Shown in pieces: positions 25,849-40,545 of a stretch of DNA of 64,000 bases. Source of the stretch: Oikopleura dioica. Its lineage: Eukaryota; Animalia; Chordata. Below the pieces are notes generated by a model. The model was not told the DNA's origin, did not search any database, and saw nothing but the letters and a program-made list of their open reading frames with translations. Where the stretch lies: positions 6,076,001 to 6,140,000 of the forward strand of contig OU015569.1 of the NCBI GenBank assembly GCA_907165135.1, given 5' to 3'. A program made the position numbers and the translations under genes. Numbering within the stretch: position 1 is the stretch's first letter; the number at the start of each line of letters is the position of its first letter.

Positions 25849-26581
25849 CGTCGTTTACGAGCCGTCTAGTAAGAATACAAATAAAACCAAGGACATTCGA
25901 AATGATATTTATTCATAATAATTATCTTGTAGAAAATAATCGGAGTCTAGCACAAGGCAATGTTTCGGATTTGAAGAGCTTGATGAACTCAGAACAGAAA
26001 TTTGACAAGGGTATGAACCTATTAGAATTTATCAACAGTTAGCTACAACGAACTGTGAAAACAACGCTGTGAACTTTAACAGAAAGGAATTTTTCGGTTG
26101 GAAAAACGGGCGAGAGATACATGTGGTGTAATTTAAAACTAGAACTACTAGAAAACTAGCTAATCAAAAGCTTTGAACAGGAGCCTTGCCAGATTTAAGA
26201 CGAACAGTTTTTTTAATCAACTGAAAAAAGGGTATTTTTCAACTGAACTCCTCTAGATTTATTTCATTGATAACCCGAGAAGTACAAAACCACGTCGTTG
26301 AAGTAAAGAAATCTTGCTTTAATTATCTTGATTATGCGAGTTTTTCTGGACACCAAGAAAAATCTACTAATTGAGCACATTTGTACAGGAAGAAGGACGT
26401 GAAACTGTGCTTGTGTTCCCGCAGCTCGTAATAGAACGGCTCACATGCCTTGTTGAACAAAGAATTAAAAATGAATACTTCAATATGTTGTATGTTTATA
26501 AGTCAGTGAGAAAATAATGAAATGTTCAGATGAGTGCGGTTCGGTAGGCTATAATGGAAGAAAGAGCGATTTTGAAGTCGG

Positions 26582-28228
<1,647 letters not shown>

Positions 28229-28360
28229 GTCCGCGGAGGACAGTCGATGCTGCGACTTTCGATTCTAAAAATATACCTCTTTATGTTAGAATAACTAATA
28301 TGAACGGACGTGAAGCAGATCTTAATGGCAGAGATTAATGCATTTTTGATGCGCGCGTGT

Positions 28361-29787
28361 TCACTTAAAATTTTCCCCTTCGTCTTCTTCACTTTTCACA
28401 TGGGAGACGCCTGCACCATACTCGACGCATTGGGATGGCTTCGCTGGGAAATGTCTCTGTGCCGCCGTCATCAACCGTTTAAGACCTAAACTTAAATCGT
28501 AAGCAAAAAAAAAATAAAATCAATAGTTTTTCCAATATCTGCTGATTCTGATTGCATTAAATAAATAATCAGCTATGGAAGCATTTCTGTTAGGAATGAT
28601 AACTCACCTTGGATAAACTTCCTTTGCGTTTCGTCGTTGAGCACATGGGCCACGTATTTCATTGAGATAGTTTCTCTACTGGGACGCATGTGGATACCGA
28701 CGTGATCAACACCAATCGGCCAAGGCGCGTTTCCGATCGCCATTTTCAAGTAAACATCGGATGCCTTGACAAAACATCAGTTCAAAATCGATAAATTTGC
28801 TTTTCACAGATTCGATTGCAGTACTACAGCATTAATTATGAATTAATGATCACCGCTCGAATGAATCCGCCCAAAACTTACCTTTATATAATTTCTGTCG
28901 ATGCAGTACTCGACAATCAACGATAAATGCTTCATGATGTCTTCGGGGCAGACGTTTCTTTTGATGCGATCGAAGAGTGGCTGAATGTACGAGTCCGTTT
29001 GTTTCCAAACAGCCGACAGGGCTCTGCCGTGATGGGAGGATTTTTCTTCTTGGGATCTGGAGTTGAGTTCCTCCGCCCAGCATCTTTGCCAGAATTTAAA
29101 TGCTTTGATGATCATGCCACTTCTTGCATTATACGAGACTTCTTTCAAAATGCCCTTGTTCGCTACTAGCCAGTCGTTGTCAACTTCTGGATGTTCATTT
29201 TTAAAGACTATGTTGTACTTCTTCTCTGCCTTCTCTTTTCCGGCAGCGATATCTTTTGTGACCTCCGTGAGATCCTCATCATCAAGCTGAAATTATAACT
29301 TGGCGATTATTTAGCATAACGGCTTTATACCTGATCCATTGCACTTTTAATTTCGTTTGTCCACCCGAGGATCTTGTAGTTTTCGTCTTTTCCAAGTTCG
29401 ATTTTGCGTAGACGAAAGAAGGTATCCTGGTCGTTTTCTCCAAAGAGACGGATGGGCTCATTTCGCGCCCGTAGTTTCTGAATGACAGTTTCTCGTGGCA
29501 TCATTTTCGCTTGATCTGGACCGAGACGATCGAGCATCGCCTGTGTTTTATCTTCTAGTTCCTGAATCCTTTGCTTCGATAAGTTTAAAATTGCCCTTTG
29601 GAAAACGATACCTGTCTCGAGGAGCAGGAGCTTTAGCAATTCCCATTCGTTGCTGATATTTTTCCTGTTCTATTCTTGCAAGGTCTCCTCGTTTGAAGAA
29701 TTTTTTCTTTGGGTCAATTTTCAATTCTGTTTCGACTTTTTTTCGCTTTCGGTCGATTTCCCCTTTCATTAACGCGGCGAAATCCAT
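28361..29787 (-). CDS. PRPF18: Pre-mRNA splicing factor 18
   Basis: [49 protein letters not shown]-type C-terminal domain. Confidence 0.92.
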
Positions 29788-29941
29788 CTTACAAATCTGA
29801 AGAGGGATTGTTGTTAGCGTAAAAATCCAGTTAGATGACAAGTTAGATACAATATAGATATAAGCGCGGAATAAAAATATTGTGAGGCAGGGCTGAGATG
29901 CGTAAAGTCGGCATCTGGGCAGTAAAGAAAACTTGAACTCA

Positions 29942-31051
29942 TCACTCGTCATAGTGAGAGCGGCCAACAGTCTTATTGAACTCGCGGCGCCAACTGGACC
30001 AGTAAAGCTGACAGGCTGCGTAAACTTCATCAGCTGATTCATTCCAGGTCTCCTCGACCTGGCCTTAATTATTTATTTGTAAACTTTCGATACTAATGCC
30101 CTGCTTACTTCTACGCTCTTCAGTCAACTGCTCTGGAAAATCAACCTCATTCTTCTCGATGTCAATCTGTTTCATCACAATATTCTTCCAAGTAAGCATT
30201 TGCCCCTGCTTTTCCCAAAATTGAAGAAACTCGTTGTCTTCTGAAAAATCAACATTCTTTCCTTCTTTCACGAGACGCAATTGCTCTTCCCAAGCCTTGC
30301 TGAAAATTAACGCCGCGTATTCATCTTCCGAAACACCAAGAATAGATAATTCGTTGTCGAACATGTTGGCTAACTCGTCGACGGGATCTTCCTCTGGAGC
30401 TTCCTCTTCGGGTAATCGAAACTTGTCCCAACGTTCACTTTCTAGATTCAGCTCTTCTTCGTCGGACACACTTTCATCTTCATCTAATTCTGATACATCT
30501 TCGGCTTGGTAAGATTCATCAGCGACATTCTCGTCCGAGTCAGACAATTCAAGCAATTCTTTAGCAGCTGCTTCTAGCTCAGCTGGAGAGTCTTAACAAA
30601 GGGATCTACTGAATTCTTTATTTCTTTTTATTGATGATGATTTTTCTAGTTTTTATTGCTGCGTTGAATTCAGTGGATTCCTAGCTTTGGCTTTTAATTT
30701 CCCGAGAAGCCCTTGCGAAAGAGCCGAACTGTAACTGAAGTAAGATTAACTTCTACACGCGGGAACGTACTAGTCTGTTGTGTATGATTCGGTGAAGATC
30801 ACTTTCGTTTTTCCGATATAACCTTCGGCGACATATTCCGTGTAAGTCCCATCATGTTGTCCAGGAACATAAACTTCGTCAAACTCAAAGTCCCCGTCAT
30901 TCGTGACTTCATGCTCGTCGGAATCATTGCTTTCAAGCCCGTCAGTGGAGTCTGAGTCTGACTCCTCTTCGTCGGAATCCTCATCATCGAAACAAACTTT
31001 ATTCCTCTTCTCAGATACGTGTCTTGGTAGAAACTCGTCTAATACACTCAT
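29942..31051 (-). CDS. Acidic protein of unknown function with motifs resembling the TGS1/PIMT N-terminal region
   Basis: Multi-exon D/E-rich ORFs; W-rich motifs FLQFWEKQGQMLTW and EETWNESADEVYAACQLYWSSW. Confidence 0.55.
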
Positions 31052-31300
31052 AGAGCCTCCGATGATATATTCTGATTCTTCGGGGAGTTTTCAACAATGC
31101 GATTCATGCTAAAGCTACTTGCATTAAACGAAACGGTTCGAAGTCTTTACGCTGATAATTTATTATCTGAGGACTTATGTTGAACTAGGAAGGAGAAGGT
31201 GACAACAAAACGTGTTTGTCAATAAATAAGAGTCAGTAACATGTATTCCCAAGATGGACGATTTCGTGAAGAAATGTAGATTTGAACTTAATGGTTTCTT

Positions 31301-32922
31301 TTAGACCTTGAGGAACTTCTTGAGGCCTTCAGTAGACATGGATTTAGGTCGCTCAAGAGGAAGTCCGACGGCTCGGGACCAGATCATCTGAGAGAAGCAG
31401 CCAAGAGCTCGGGAGACACCAAAGAGGACAGTGTAGTATTCCATCTGGGTGAGGTTGTAGTGCTAGAAACAGAGTAAGAAATAGAATACTAGAAACGATA
31501 TTTACCTGGAGGAGAACACCGGAGTGAGCATCCACATTGGGCCATGGGTTCTTGGCCTTGCCCTGCTCGAGGAGAATGTCTGGGACGATCTTGTAGAGCT
31601 GAGAAACGAGCTTGAAGAGCTTGTCGTCGGGAAGGTGCTTCAAAGCGAATTCTCGTTGGCAAGTGTATCGGGGATCAGTCTTTCGAAGGACGGCGTGACC
31701 GTAACCAGGAACGACTCGACCACCCTTGAGGAGTTCCAGATGAAGTCCCGGAGTTTCTCATCGGAGACTTCGTTGGAGCCAAGATCAGCAATGAGCTAAA
31801 ACAGTTTATAATTGAATAAATCTCTTCTTTTCGTACCTGAGTGAGCCAGACGAGGACTTCCTGGTTGGCAAGGCCGTGGAGGGGACCAGCCAAACCGTTC
31901 AAGGCAGCGGCAAGGGAAAGGTATGGGTCGGAAAGGGCAGAGCCAACCAAGTGGGAGGTGTGGGCAGAGACGTTGCCACCTTCGTGGTCGCTAAGATATC
32001 ATTTTTGAGAAAGGGCGCTTATGTTTCGGACTTACGTGTGGATGGTGAAGTAAAGTCGCATGAGTTCAACGAACTGGGGGTCGTTGAATCCGATCATGTT
32101 GCAGTAGTTGGCGGACCAATCGAGACCAGAGTCGGTGGCTGGAAGGTGTCCGTGCTTACCGTAAAGGTTGTTGAAAATCTTTCCGGCGATGGAAGGAAGG
32201 TTGGCAATGCAGTCCATGCAATCTTCATAGACATATTCCCAGTAGGAGGCTTTGTTAACACCCTGAGCATAAGCCTGAAAGAATCGTTAGTAATGAAAAC
32301 AACGTATTTTTTTACCTTCGCGAACTTGGACTGGGAGTTCATGAGAGTAACAGCGGCGGAGAACTGGGCCATTGGGTGGACATCCTTTGGGAGGTTGTCG
32401 AGCATCTCAGCGACGTGAGATGGGAGGCCAGCTCGCTGGTTCCACTCGTTGGTGAGGGCCTGGGTCTGCTCGACGGTTGGCACTTCACCGGTGACGAGGA
32501 GCCAGAAGAGAGCTTCGGGGAGGGGCTCGCCGCCTTCGACGGCAGATGGAAGGAGCTCCTGGCATTCAGGGATAGTCTTGCCTCGGAATCGGATACCCTC
32601 GTCAGCGTCAAGGACAGAGGTCTCCCAGACCATAGCCTTGATGCCTCGCATGCCACCGTAAGCCATATCGACTGTAACATTTCCAAGCTAATGATTGGCA
32701 ATCAATGGTTGTTATTTTGCAAAAAAGTGCTTACAGAATCGCCGCCATGATTTTTTCGGAATTCTTTGATCTCAGCAATCTTGCCGGGAATCTGGGCAGC
32801 AACGACTTCCTTCAAATCCTAAAGAGAAGGTGAGACAGATGATCAGCTTTACGATTTACCGTGGAGGAAGCAGCACGAGTCTGCGTTCGGAGGAGAGGTG
32901 TGGCGGCTCGTCGCAATGCCAT
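31301..32922 (-). CDS. CS: Mitochondrial citrate synthase
   Basis: [75 protein letters not shown]. Confidence 0.97.
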
Positions 32923-33746
32923 TCTAAGATTTGGAGTTGTGATTTTTAACAAATAAACGGAAAAATCGAACTAAGCAGAAGAACGAAAAATAAAAATGGA
33001 TCGAAGTGTATTCTAGAAAATATTCATTTTTACTTAATTTTGAAAAGTACTTTTCTAACATTTTACCAAGATATTTTCAAACTAAATCCTCATTCCTCGC
33101 TATATTCATTTATTATTCAAATTGAATTTCGATATTTTCGGATATTGAAAGCTTTTCTGAATGAAAAAAAAATTATCGCCGGTTTCTCTGGTAGAAAAGG
33201 GACTGGTATTGGTGAGGAATGGGATCTTGGTTGAGTAATAATCTCTGGACTGGGCGAACTCTGGCCCAAGTTGGCTGCACACAACGGGACGTGTTGATTT
33301 CAAGCGCGCTCATCTCAACCAATCAAATGCGCAAAAAGGAGCCTGAATCTATTCCCGGCCGAATTCCGTTTCTCTTCCCCATTTTTTCAACAGCTCTCTA
33401 ATCGTCATGTCTCATCTCCCGGGCAGAATGACGGTTATCGAAATAAACGTCCTCGCAGTTCTGCTTTTTCTCAAGCAAAAAAACGTGTTTGCTTTATTAC
33501 CAAATTATTGCGAGGTTTCACTAACAATAATTTTTTCATAATTTAATTGACTTTCATTTTCCTCTATTTGTACAATTTAACTTCTGAAAGTGAAGGTTTA
33601 TTTATTTTATGGTGGAATCAGTAACAAAAATCTATTTGTAGCGTGGATTTTCTCGGCCGATAAGAAAAAAATATAGTATGGACCATACTGTATGGTACAC
33701 TAATAAATAGTATAGTTTTGAGGGTCTGAGTCATCACCAATGACGT

Positions 33747-34064
33747 CATAAGGGCCCCCTTTGAAAAATGGGAATGTCCCTCTGTATCTCTGAAAATTTT
33801 CAGAAATATATGAAGATTTTGGCATCGTTGGAAAGCCCAGTTCAAACTGGTTGTGAGCACAAGGTGCGCATGAAGAAATTTCTAGAAAAGAATTTTTTTT
33901 GGGACAAAATCTTTTCTAAATATTTTTTTCGGAATTTCTTATTGCGCACCTGGTGAACATAACCAGTTTGAGCTGCGCTTTCCAACGATACCAAAATCTC
34001 TTTATATTTCTGAAAATTTTCGGAGATACAGGGGGACATGACCTGACATTTTCAGGTACTTATG
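33747..34064. mobile_element. Foldback/MITE-like long imperfect palindrome (about 320 bp)
   Basis: Arms about 33775-33890 and 33920-34039 are reverse complements at roughly 80-85% identity by eye; termini CATAAG/CTTATG; non-coding region upstream of CS. Confidence 0.7.
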
Positions 34065-34470
34065 CACTAGAATTGGAGATTTTCCGAGGCGTGGACACAA
34101 AAAAATCGTACCATTCGACTCCTTAGAACTTGCGCTACAAGATGAGCACAAAAAATATTGAGGTCACGATTTTGCTCCGCAGAAGTTATTTTCATCTATC
34201 ATCTGCTTTACTTTTCTTCTTTGATTGCAGTCGCAGAAGGCCCATTTTGAGCAAAGGAAACGAACAATTAAAAATGAAAACGTGCTTTTATTACGACCAT
34301 TTTCCTTTTGAGCCAAGCTGAATAGGGTAAAAGGAAAACGATTGTGTTACTTATGTAAATATGAGTTGCGTTACTCATAAACCAATCATCAAAATTGAGT
34401 TTCCTGTATGATTTGAAATAGAGCGAAAATCTCAAGAAAGGAATCCAGGAAAAAAAAATAAACAGAATCA

Positions 34471-36004
34471 ATGACTGAAGAGAATATAGAGCTGGAGAAG
34501 CGGGACTCAAATAGAAATGATGTTCAAATTGACGGGCAAAAACATGTTGTTATAGGCAAGGTTACGCATGCAGTTCGATAAAGAATTATTGCAGCTAGTT
34601 TCTTATATTTTTCTAACGGATTTATTAACCCTTACTCACAGATGGCCCGCAGAGACCGAAGGTGCAAATCGATGGTTGGGAAACAGGAGGAAGAGCCCCT
34701 GCAAAAACAAAGGAAGAACTACGGGTATCATGAAAAACGTTTTCTTTTGCTAATAATTTTTATTTAAGTACTACATGCGCTGTAAGACCCTTTGCTGTCC
34801 GCTGGGGAGTGCTTGCTCCAACAGATGTTATGAAATGGGGATGACTCGATGCTGGTGCTGCTTTGATTCGATGCATAATTGTAGTGAAAGCTATTTGATC
34901 GACGAAAATATACCGACGAGGCCAGAAAAGTATGCACAAATCGAAGAATGGTTTAGGAGTTTCAATTGCCAGGTATTTCTGGTAAAAGAGATTTAATCGA
35001 TTCCCATTCTAAAGCCTTTACCTTTGGTCACGATGATTACAACTTTGATCGAAGTTGGCTATTTCGTCTACGTCAGACATCTACCGGGGGGCTATAACGA
35101 AAACATCCTTGACAGTCCTCTCCTGTGGCGCTATGAAAGCAAATCTCTTTGGTACATCTGGATCACTTACTCGTTTTGTCATGGCTCGCTTACACATCTA
35201 CTTTCAAATTTATTCCTGAAAGTCTTCCTTGGGCTCTTTGTTGAAATGGAGCACAAGTGGCTACGCGTGCTTATAATTTATATACTTGGCGTTGCTCTTG
35301 GAGCGCTTTTTCATTCTGTCGTTAATCCCTGTTCGCCTCTGTGTGGCTCTTCTGGTGGTTGTTTTGCTCTTCTCGGTAATGCTCCGAATCTAACACCGTA
35401 CTTTCAACTATTTAGGCGCTGGAATCATCAAATTCAAGCGCCATTACAAATACAAGGGCAGAATGCGACGCTGGTGCAACTACTCTACCTGCATGATCAT
35501 TCTTTTCCTTACCGCCGCTGATCTCGTGTACACTTTGGTGAATTGGTTTTCCTGCGCCCCGGCTACAAATTCGACGGCAATCTCAGCGCACGTTGGCGGC
35601 CTCATTGCTGGTCTCTGTGTATCATACTGGGCGCTAAACAAGTTCCAAGAATCCTGGGGCCAGAATATATATCGCCATCATCGATATCGATATCAGGCAA
35701 TCACGGATGATGATGTCGTCTGTTGTGCGTATAAGGTACTTTTTACTCAAAGTTCGAAGCAAATCATTTTTATAAGCACTGTTGTGAGGCTTGGTTTCGT
35801 AATGCAGATTGTATTAAACTGTTCAAGGTAAATTGTTTCGACGTTCATTTCGTTTAAATAATAATTAAGGACTGGAAGGCTTGGCTTTTCGCAATCATTC
35901 TGATTGCTTCGTTTGTTGTATCGATTCTTCTCAATTTGATGAATACAGAAGAGGATGGATGCCTTGCGTCAGTCGAATTTAATCGAGATTGCTTCCAGTT
36001 GTAA
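34471..36004 (+). CDS. Rhomboid intramembrane serine protease (secretase-type, RHBDL-like)
   Basis: HGSLTHLLSN, EMEHKWLRV, catalytic GSSGG and SAHVGGLIAG; six-exon model starting MTEENIELEK with a GC-AG first intron. Confidence 0.82.
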
Positions 36005-36008
36005 TTAT

Positions 36009-36875
36009 TTATCTTCCGAAACTGAGAAGCATACCTTGGCCTTCCTTTTTCTTGTACAAAATAAACAAATATAATATAATAAAGTGACCAAATTGAGAAA
36101 GATTTATTGGATTGTTCTTGTTACACGCATTTTTGTCAGAAGTTTTCAAGATGAAGTTAGGCTTCGCCGGCGTCGAAGTCTCCATCTTCGAGTTCTTCTT
36201 CGAATTTTTCTTAGAAAAATTATTATAATGGCTTTTGTTGGATTTCATTTTACTGGTTATTTCCGCAGCGCTAACGCTGACAAGACGCTGAAGCTTGTCG
36301 GAAAGGATTTCGCAGCTGATTTGAGATTTGAGGATTCCCTGCGCGGACTTCTTAGCTTGCTCCACAAAAGTCATATCCTCTTGGATTCCAGCTTTGGTTC
36401 TGATCTCTTCGTTGACGGCGGACTTCATTTTTCCTTCTTTCGTTTTAATAACCTAAAAGATGACAATCGAATAGACTTTCAATTTTCCGTTCTCTTTATA
36501 AAGAACTTAAGCGTTTGCAAGTATTTTTTGGTGAGTAATTTACTTCATTTATAGTATCGTCGATTCTCTTTCGAACAGTTTTCATTTGAATCTCCGTCAT
36601 AAGTTTGCTCTTCTGAGATAATTGGCCAGAGTCTTTTAGATCGTGAAGCATGGCATGAAATTCTACATGCATGTTGACTCGGGATTTCTCTTCGCCAGCT
36701 TCAGTTGCAGACATTTGTCGAATGAAGGCGTTGGTTTTCTCCTGACTTGGATTGTCGTTGACATCGATCATTCCATCGCCGTCTTTTAGCTCATCGACAG
36801 CAACCGACTTGCCTAACTCACTTTTGCTCTCTATTTTCTTTGGATCGACTTACCAGAACTGCACTTGTTCCCCAT
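36009..36875 (-). CDS. Unknown protein with a predicted N-myristoylation motif (MGNKCSS)
   Basis: Short first exon MGNKCSS with GTAAGT donor splices in frame to the 36496-36771 and 36009-36428 ORFs. 3' end uncertain. Confidence 0.5.
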
Positions 36876-37588
36876 TCAAGATTTTCTATTCTCTTTGCGC
36901 GCTTTTTCGACGCTCGGCGCTCCTCTGAACCCTCAATGTGAAGCCACCGGAAGTAAATTTCGACGTAGCTTAATCACATCCTCTAAGTTTTTTTATTTGA
37001 TTTCTTTACATTGTAAAATTACAAAAAATGTAAATAGATTCTGTTTCAAATAAATTCTAAATTCAAACACTACGAAATTTCAAGTTCAGCATACAAGATA
37101 AGTTAAAAATTAGCGTTGAAGATTTTCTGGTAACGATCATTGATGGGAAAACCTGGTCACTACCAGCTCAAAGAGACGGCTCCCGTTCTTTATGGAAGGA
37201 GAGACTCTCGATTTGCAAGCGACTTGGTATCACTGAATGGCACCGAGTCCCTAGAAGAAAACAACAAAGATGGCGGCTTCTTGATCCAGACCTCCCGGAT
37301 ACTACCTCGGAGGTTGACGGTACCGACGAAGATACTGACACCGAAGATAGTGCATAGACTGAATTCCCCCTGTGATCAGCTTTTCATTTAAAATCAAGAA
37401 ATAAATTTTAAACCCAGTCCTTCCGGAAATAAAAAAATTCTCGCCAGAATCAACCTTTCTGCAACATATGTTTTCCGCAAATAGAACGTGCAGTTGCATG
37501 TAAAAATCTGCAGAGTACACTTGTTCTACCGCCATATAAATGATCGAGCGGAGTTGCTTCACATCACATTTTGTTTTTATCTTGAAAT

Positions 37589-38204
37589 ATGAGAATTCTT
37601 CCTATTTTGACAGGTATGAAGTGATAGTGAGCGGAGATATACTTTTAAGTTTTTGCGAGCGCCTGGGAGACTGGCGTCAGCTCGGTCGGAATGGTGCAAC
37701 AGAAGCCCGTTTCTGTCTCTATCGTCGGTCGAAAAAAGGCGAAGAAACAGAAGGCGGTGATCGATGATAGCGGCCTCTTTGGCAACAGCAAGGGTAATGG
37801 GAAAAACAACGACATCGAAGAACGAGGAACTCACCAATGCGGCGGTGTACGCATCCCTTCCATTGAGGTACCCTTCTTTCTGATTGTCACTCGTTCATGA
37901 TCGCTAAGTGCTCTGATGGAAACTGCGAGGAGGGATTTCCCCGGTACGAACGACCTTGCCACTTTCCCACTTCAGACATGGGAGGCAAGTTCAAGTGCCG
38001 AATCCTCTGCGGCGCCGGCTACGTGGTCGAGGACAACGCGCCGAAGAAAATAAAATGCATCGGAAATAAGGAACCGCTCTCAACTGTCCGGTTTTAAGCT
38101 TATTTTGCATGAAGACAGCTTGGTAAGAGCGCGTGAAGGCAAACGGCTTCCGCTGGAAGAGAACAATCAAGAACAACATCGTCAAATGTGTGCCCAAGAT
38201 GTAA
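37589..38204 (+). CDS. Small secreted Cys-rich protein with a sushi/CCP-like module
   Basis: Signal peptide MRILPILTVFASA split by a GT-AG intron; C..C...CRILCGAGY...KIKC...W...C pattern. Last splice junction uncertain. Confidence 0.55.
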
Positions 38205-39521
38205 ATCCAAATATCATCTGTGACCAGTTCAGTAGCTGGATGTCCCGTGGCTAGTTTCAATCGATTTGGGAGGTCGGGTTGAAATTTTCACTCATCACTT
38301 CTTTTTTAAAAAATAAACTCTAAACTGTATTTGTCGACTTCTTATCGCGTTCTTTATTTCGAAGATATGTGCTCCCATATTGGCTCTATTGCTGGAGGAG
38401 AATGATCACGTGCGAGAAAATCGGTTTTCGGATGATTTAGAACCGGACAGAGCTAGGCACCGTACCTGACTGTGAGCTACCACACTAGCTGCGACTCGCA
38501 GTAAGCTCTTGTGGACGCCAACGGCCAGGCGCCATTGTACTAGACTAAGATTAGCTCAACCACACTCGCCTGTTGCCCCGCGCTTTTCCAAAAGAAGGCG
38601 TTTTCTACCCTCGAAAATCGTCTTTCTAGCCGATTTCTTCCCATCTGACAGTATAATAACAAGGCTTGATTGCAGGGCAAGTTTCTTACCAGTCGAATGA
38701 CATAAGAAGCACGAACTAATTCCATCTGTTAGTATGAGAAAAATGTCTAGTCCTTTACGACAGCGTTAAATTCTCTCAAAACTTTTTCTAGGGAGAAACA
38801 GGCTCAGAGCAAATATAACGCGACTCGTTTTTTTTTCAGAGAGGTTGTATTAAAATCCTATTTTTCGAAAATATGAAAATCAGAATCTTTTTATGTTGGG
38901 AGTGGTGGAATATGATTATTTCGATTTAGAAATTGAAGAAGAGAGAGAGGGGAAGGTAGAGCTGGCGCGTTGAGTGGGATATTTCAATGTGTGGCGCGTG
39001 TGTGGACGCCGTCCCATTCTAATAGCGTTAGCTGAGTGGCCGCCCTCGGCTCTGCCCTGCGCTGCTGCTCTCCTATCTTTCAACATTGTAACGCTGAAGC
39101 ATAGCAGCAGAGTTAAAAAGAGACTAAAATTCGCTGTCAGTGTAGAACTAGGCCCGTCCGAGCCTCTAGCAATCGAAGAAGGGCCAAAACTTTGATAATT
39201 ACTTCAGACGGTTGAACGGTTCATCAACGGGTGCTCGCGCCGCTCTGCTGGAAGACATCCTCGCAACCAACAAGTCTAGAGGTCAGTCAACCCTCATCCT
39301 TTCCTTCGCTTGCAAATGTTATTTACAGTAGATAACAGTAATTTTTGAGTTTGAATTTCAAATAATGCTGCTCAATTTTTCGCGATTTTAGGATTTCGAG
39401 CACAAATTAAAATTCATGAAACTCGAGTTCTTGTTTATATTTCAGTATGCTAACTAAAAAGAAAAAAAAAATCAGTAAATGAAATACATGACTATATTCA
39501 GTTTAAATCGAGAGCGATAAA

Positions 39522-40545
39522 ATGCCAAAAGACCGAAATAAACCGCGTGGAAGAACCACTGCTTACGGATTCTTTGTCATCGACGAGAAAGAGAAGCATG
39601 CAAAGGTAGTCTTTCCGTCACTCAATTAATGAATTTACAATCGTTCCAGGAAAATCCCGGTGTCAAGATAAATTTCGGAGAATTCTCAAAACTCTGCGGA
39701 CAAAAATGGCAGACTATGGGCGAAGAGGACCGAGTTGACTACGAGAAGAAAGCAGCTGATGTAAGCATTCTTGCTCTACTTTGGAATATAAAATAAACTT
39801 TCCTAGGACAAAGTCAGATACGACAATGAAATGGCTAATTATGAGCCACCAGCTGGCGCAAAAAAGACGAAAAAGCGAAAGAAAGACCCCAACGCTCCAA
39901 AAAGACCGGCGACTGCGTTTTTCCTCTTCTCTACCGAGGTACTTATTCTAATTGGAAAAAATGTCTGACCTCATGTTTGCGCGAATTCGATGAATAGTTT
40001 ATACCCGAGAAAGATCTTTGAGAGTCTCTACCAGCTTATGTTCAAAGATCGACATGTTTCGTTAACTTGTAGGAAAACTTTGGGATCGCTTCTTGAGTTA
40101 TCAATTAGAAATCAAAGAAATAGTTTCTTGGTTATTCTGTGATTTATTCACGCAACTTTAAACGAACACAAATTTTCATCAAAAACCTAGAATCGGGAAA
40201 AAGCAAAGGCTCAACTTGAAGAGGGCGCTAAAGTTGGCGATGTAGCGAAGAAGCTCGGCGAAATGTGGAAAGCTGCCAGTGCGGTAGGATAAGTGCTAAG
40301 CTTTCCTTACGTTAACCTTTTCATAGGAAGAAAAGGAAAGATTCGCAAAACAGGCGAAGGAATCCAAAGCTTTGTACGACAAGGCAATGGAAGAATACAA
40401 AGCGTAAGTTACCGTAAAAATGTCATTTTTTCAATAATTAATCAGATCCGCGCCAAAAGAATCGCCCCCAAAGAGGAAGAAGAAAAAGGTGTCTTCCGAA
40501 GAAGACGAGCCATCCGATATCTCTGACGAAGACCACGATTATTGA
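39522..40545 (+). CDS. HMGB: High-mobility group B protein (two HMG boxes, short acidic tail)
   Basis: [52 protein letters not shown]; six coding exons; largely absent from the ORF track. Confidence 0.93.

Noticed and set aside
33768-34039. Two similar ORFs on opposite strands
   Set aside because: They are mirror translations of the palindromic element, not genes.
37100-37391. Plus-strand open frames upstream of the secreted protein
   Set aside because: The more protein-like frame lacks a Met and the Met-containing frame has no recognisable features; not supportable.
38350-38760. Exon-like segments with GT/AG boundaries on the minus strand
   Set aside because: No consistent reading frame or recognisable product could be assembled.
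40013-40050. 9-bp hairpin followed by ACA in the long HMGB intron as an H/ACA RNA
   Set aside because: No H box or convincing first hairpin, and no recognisable pocket.
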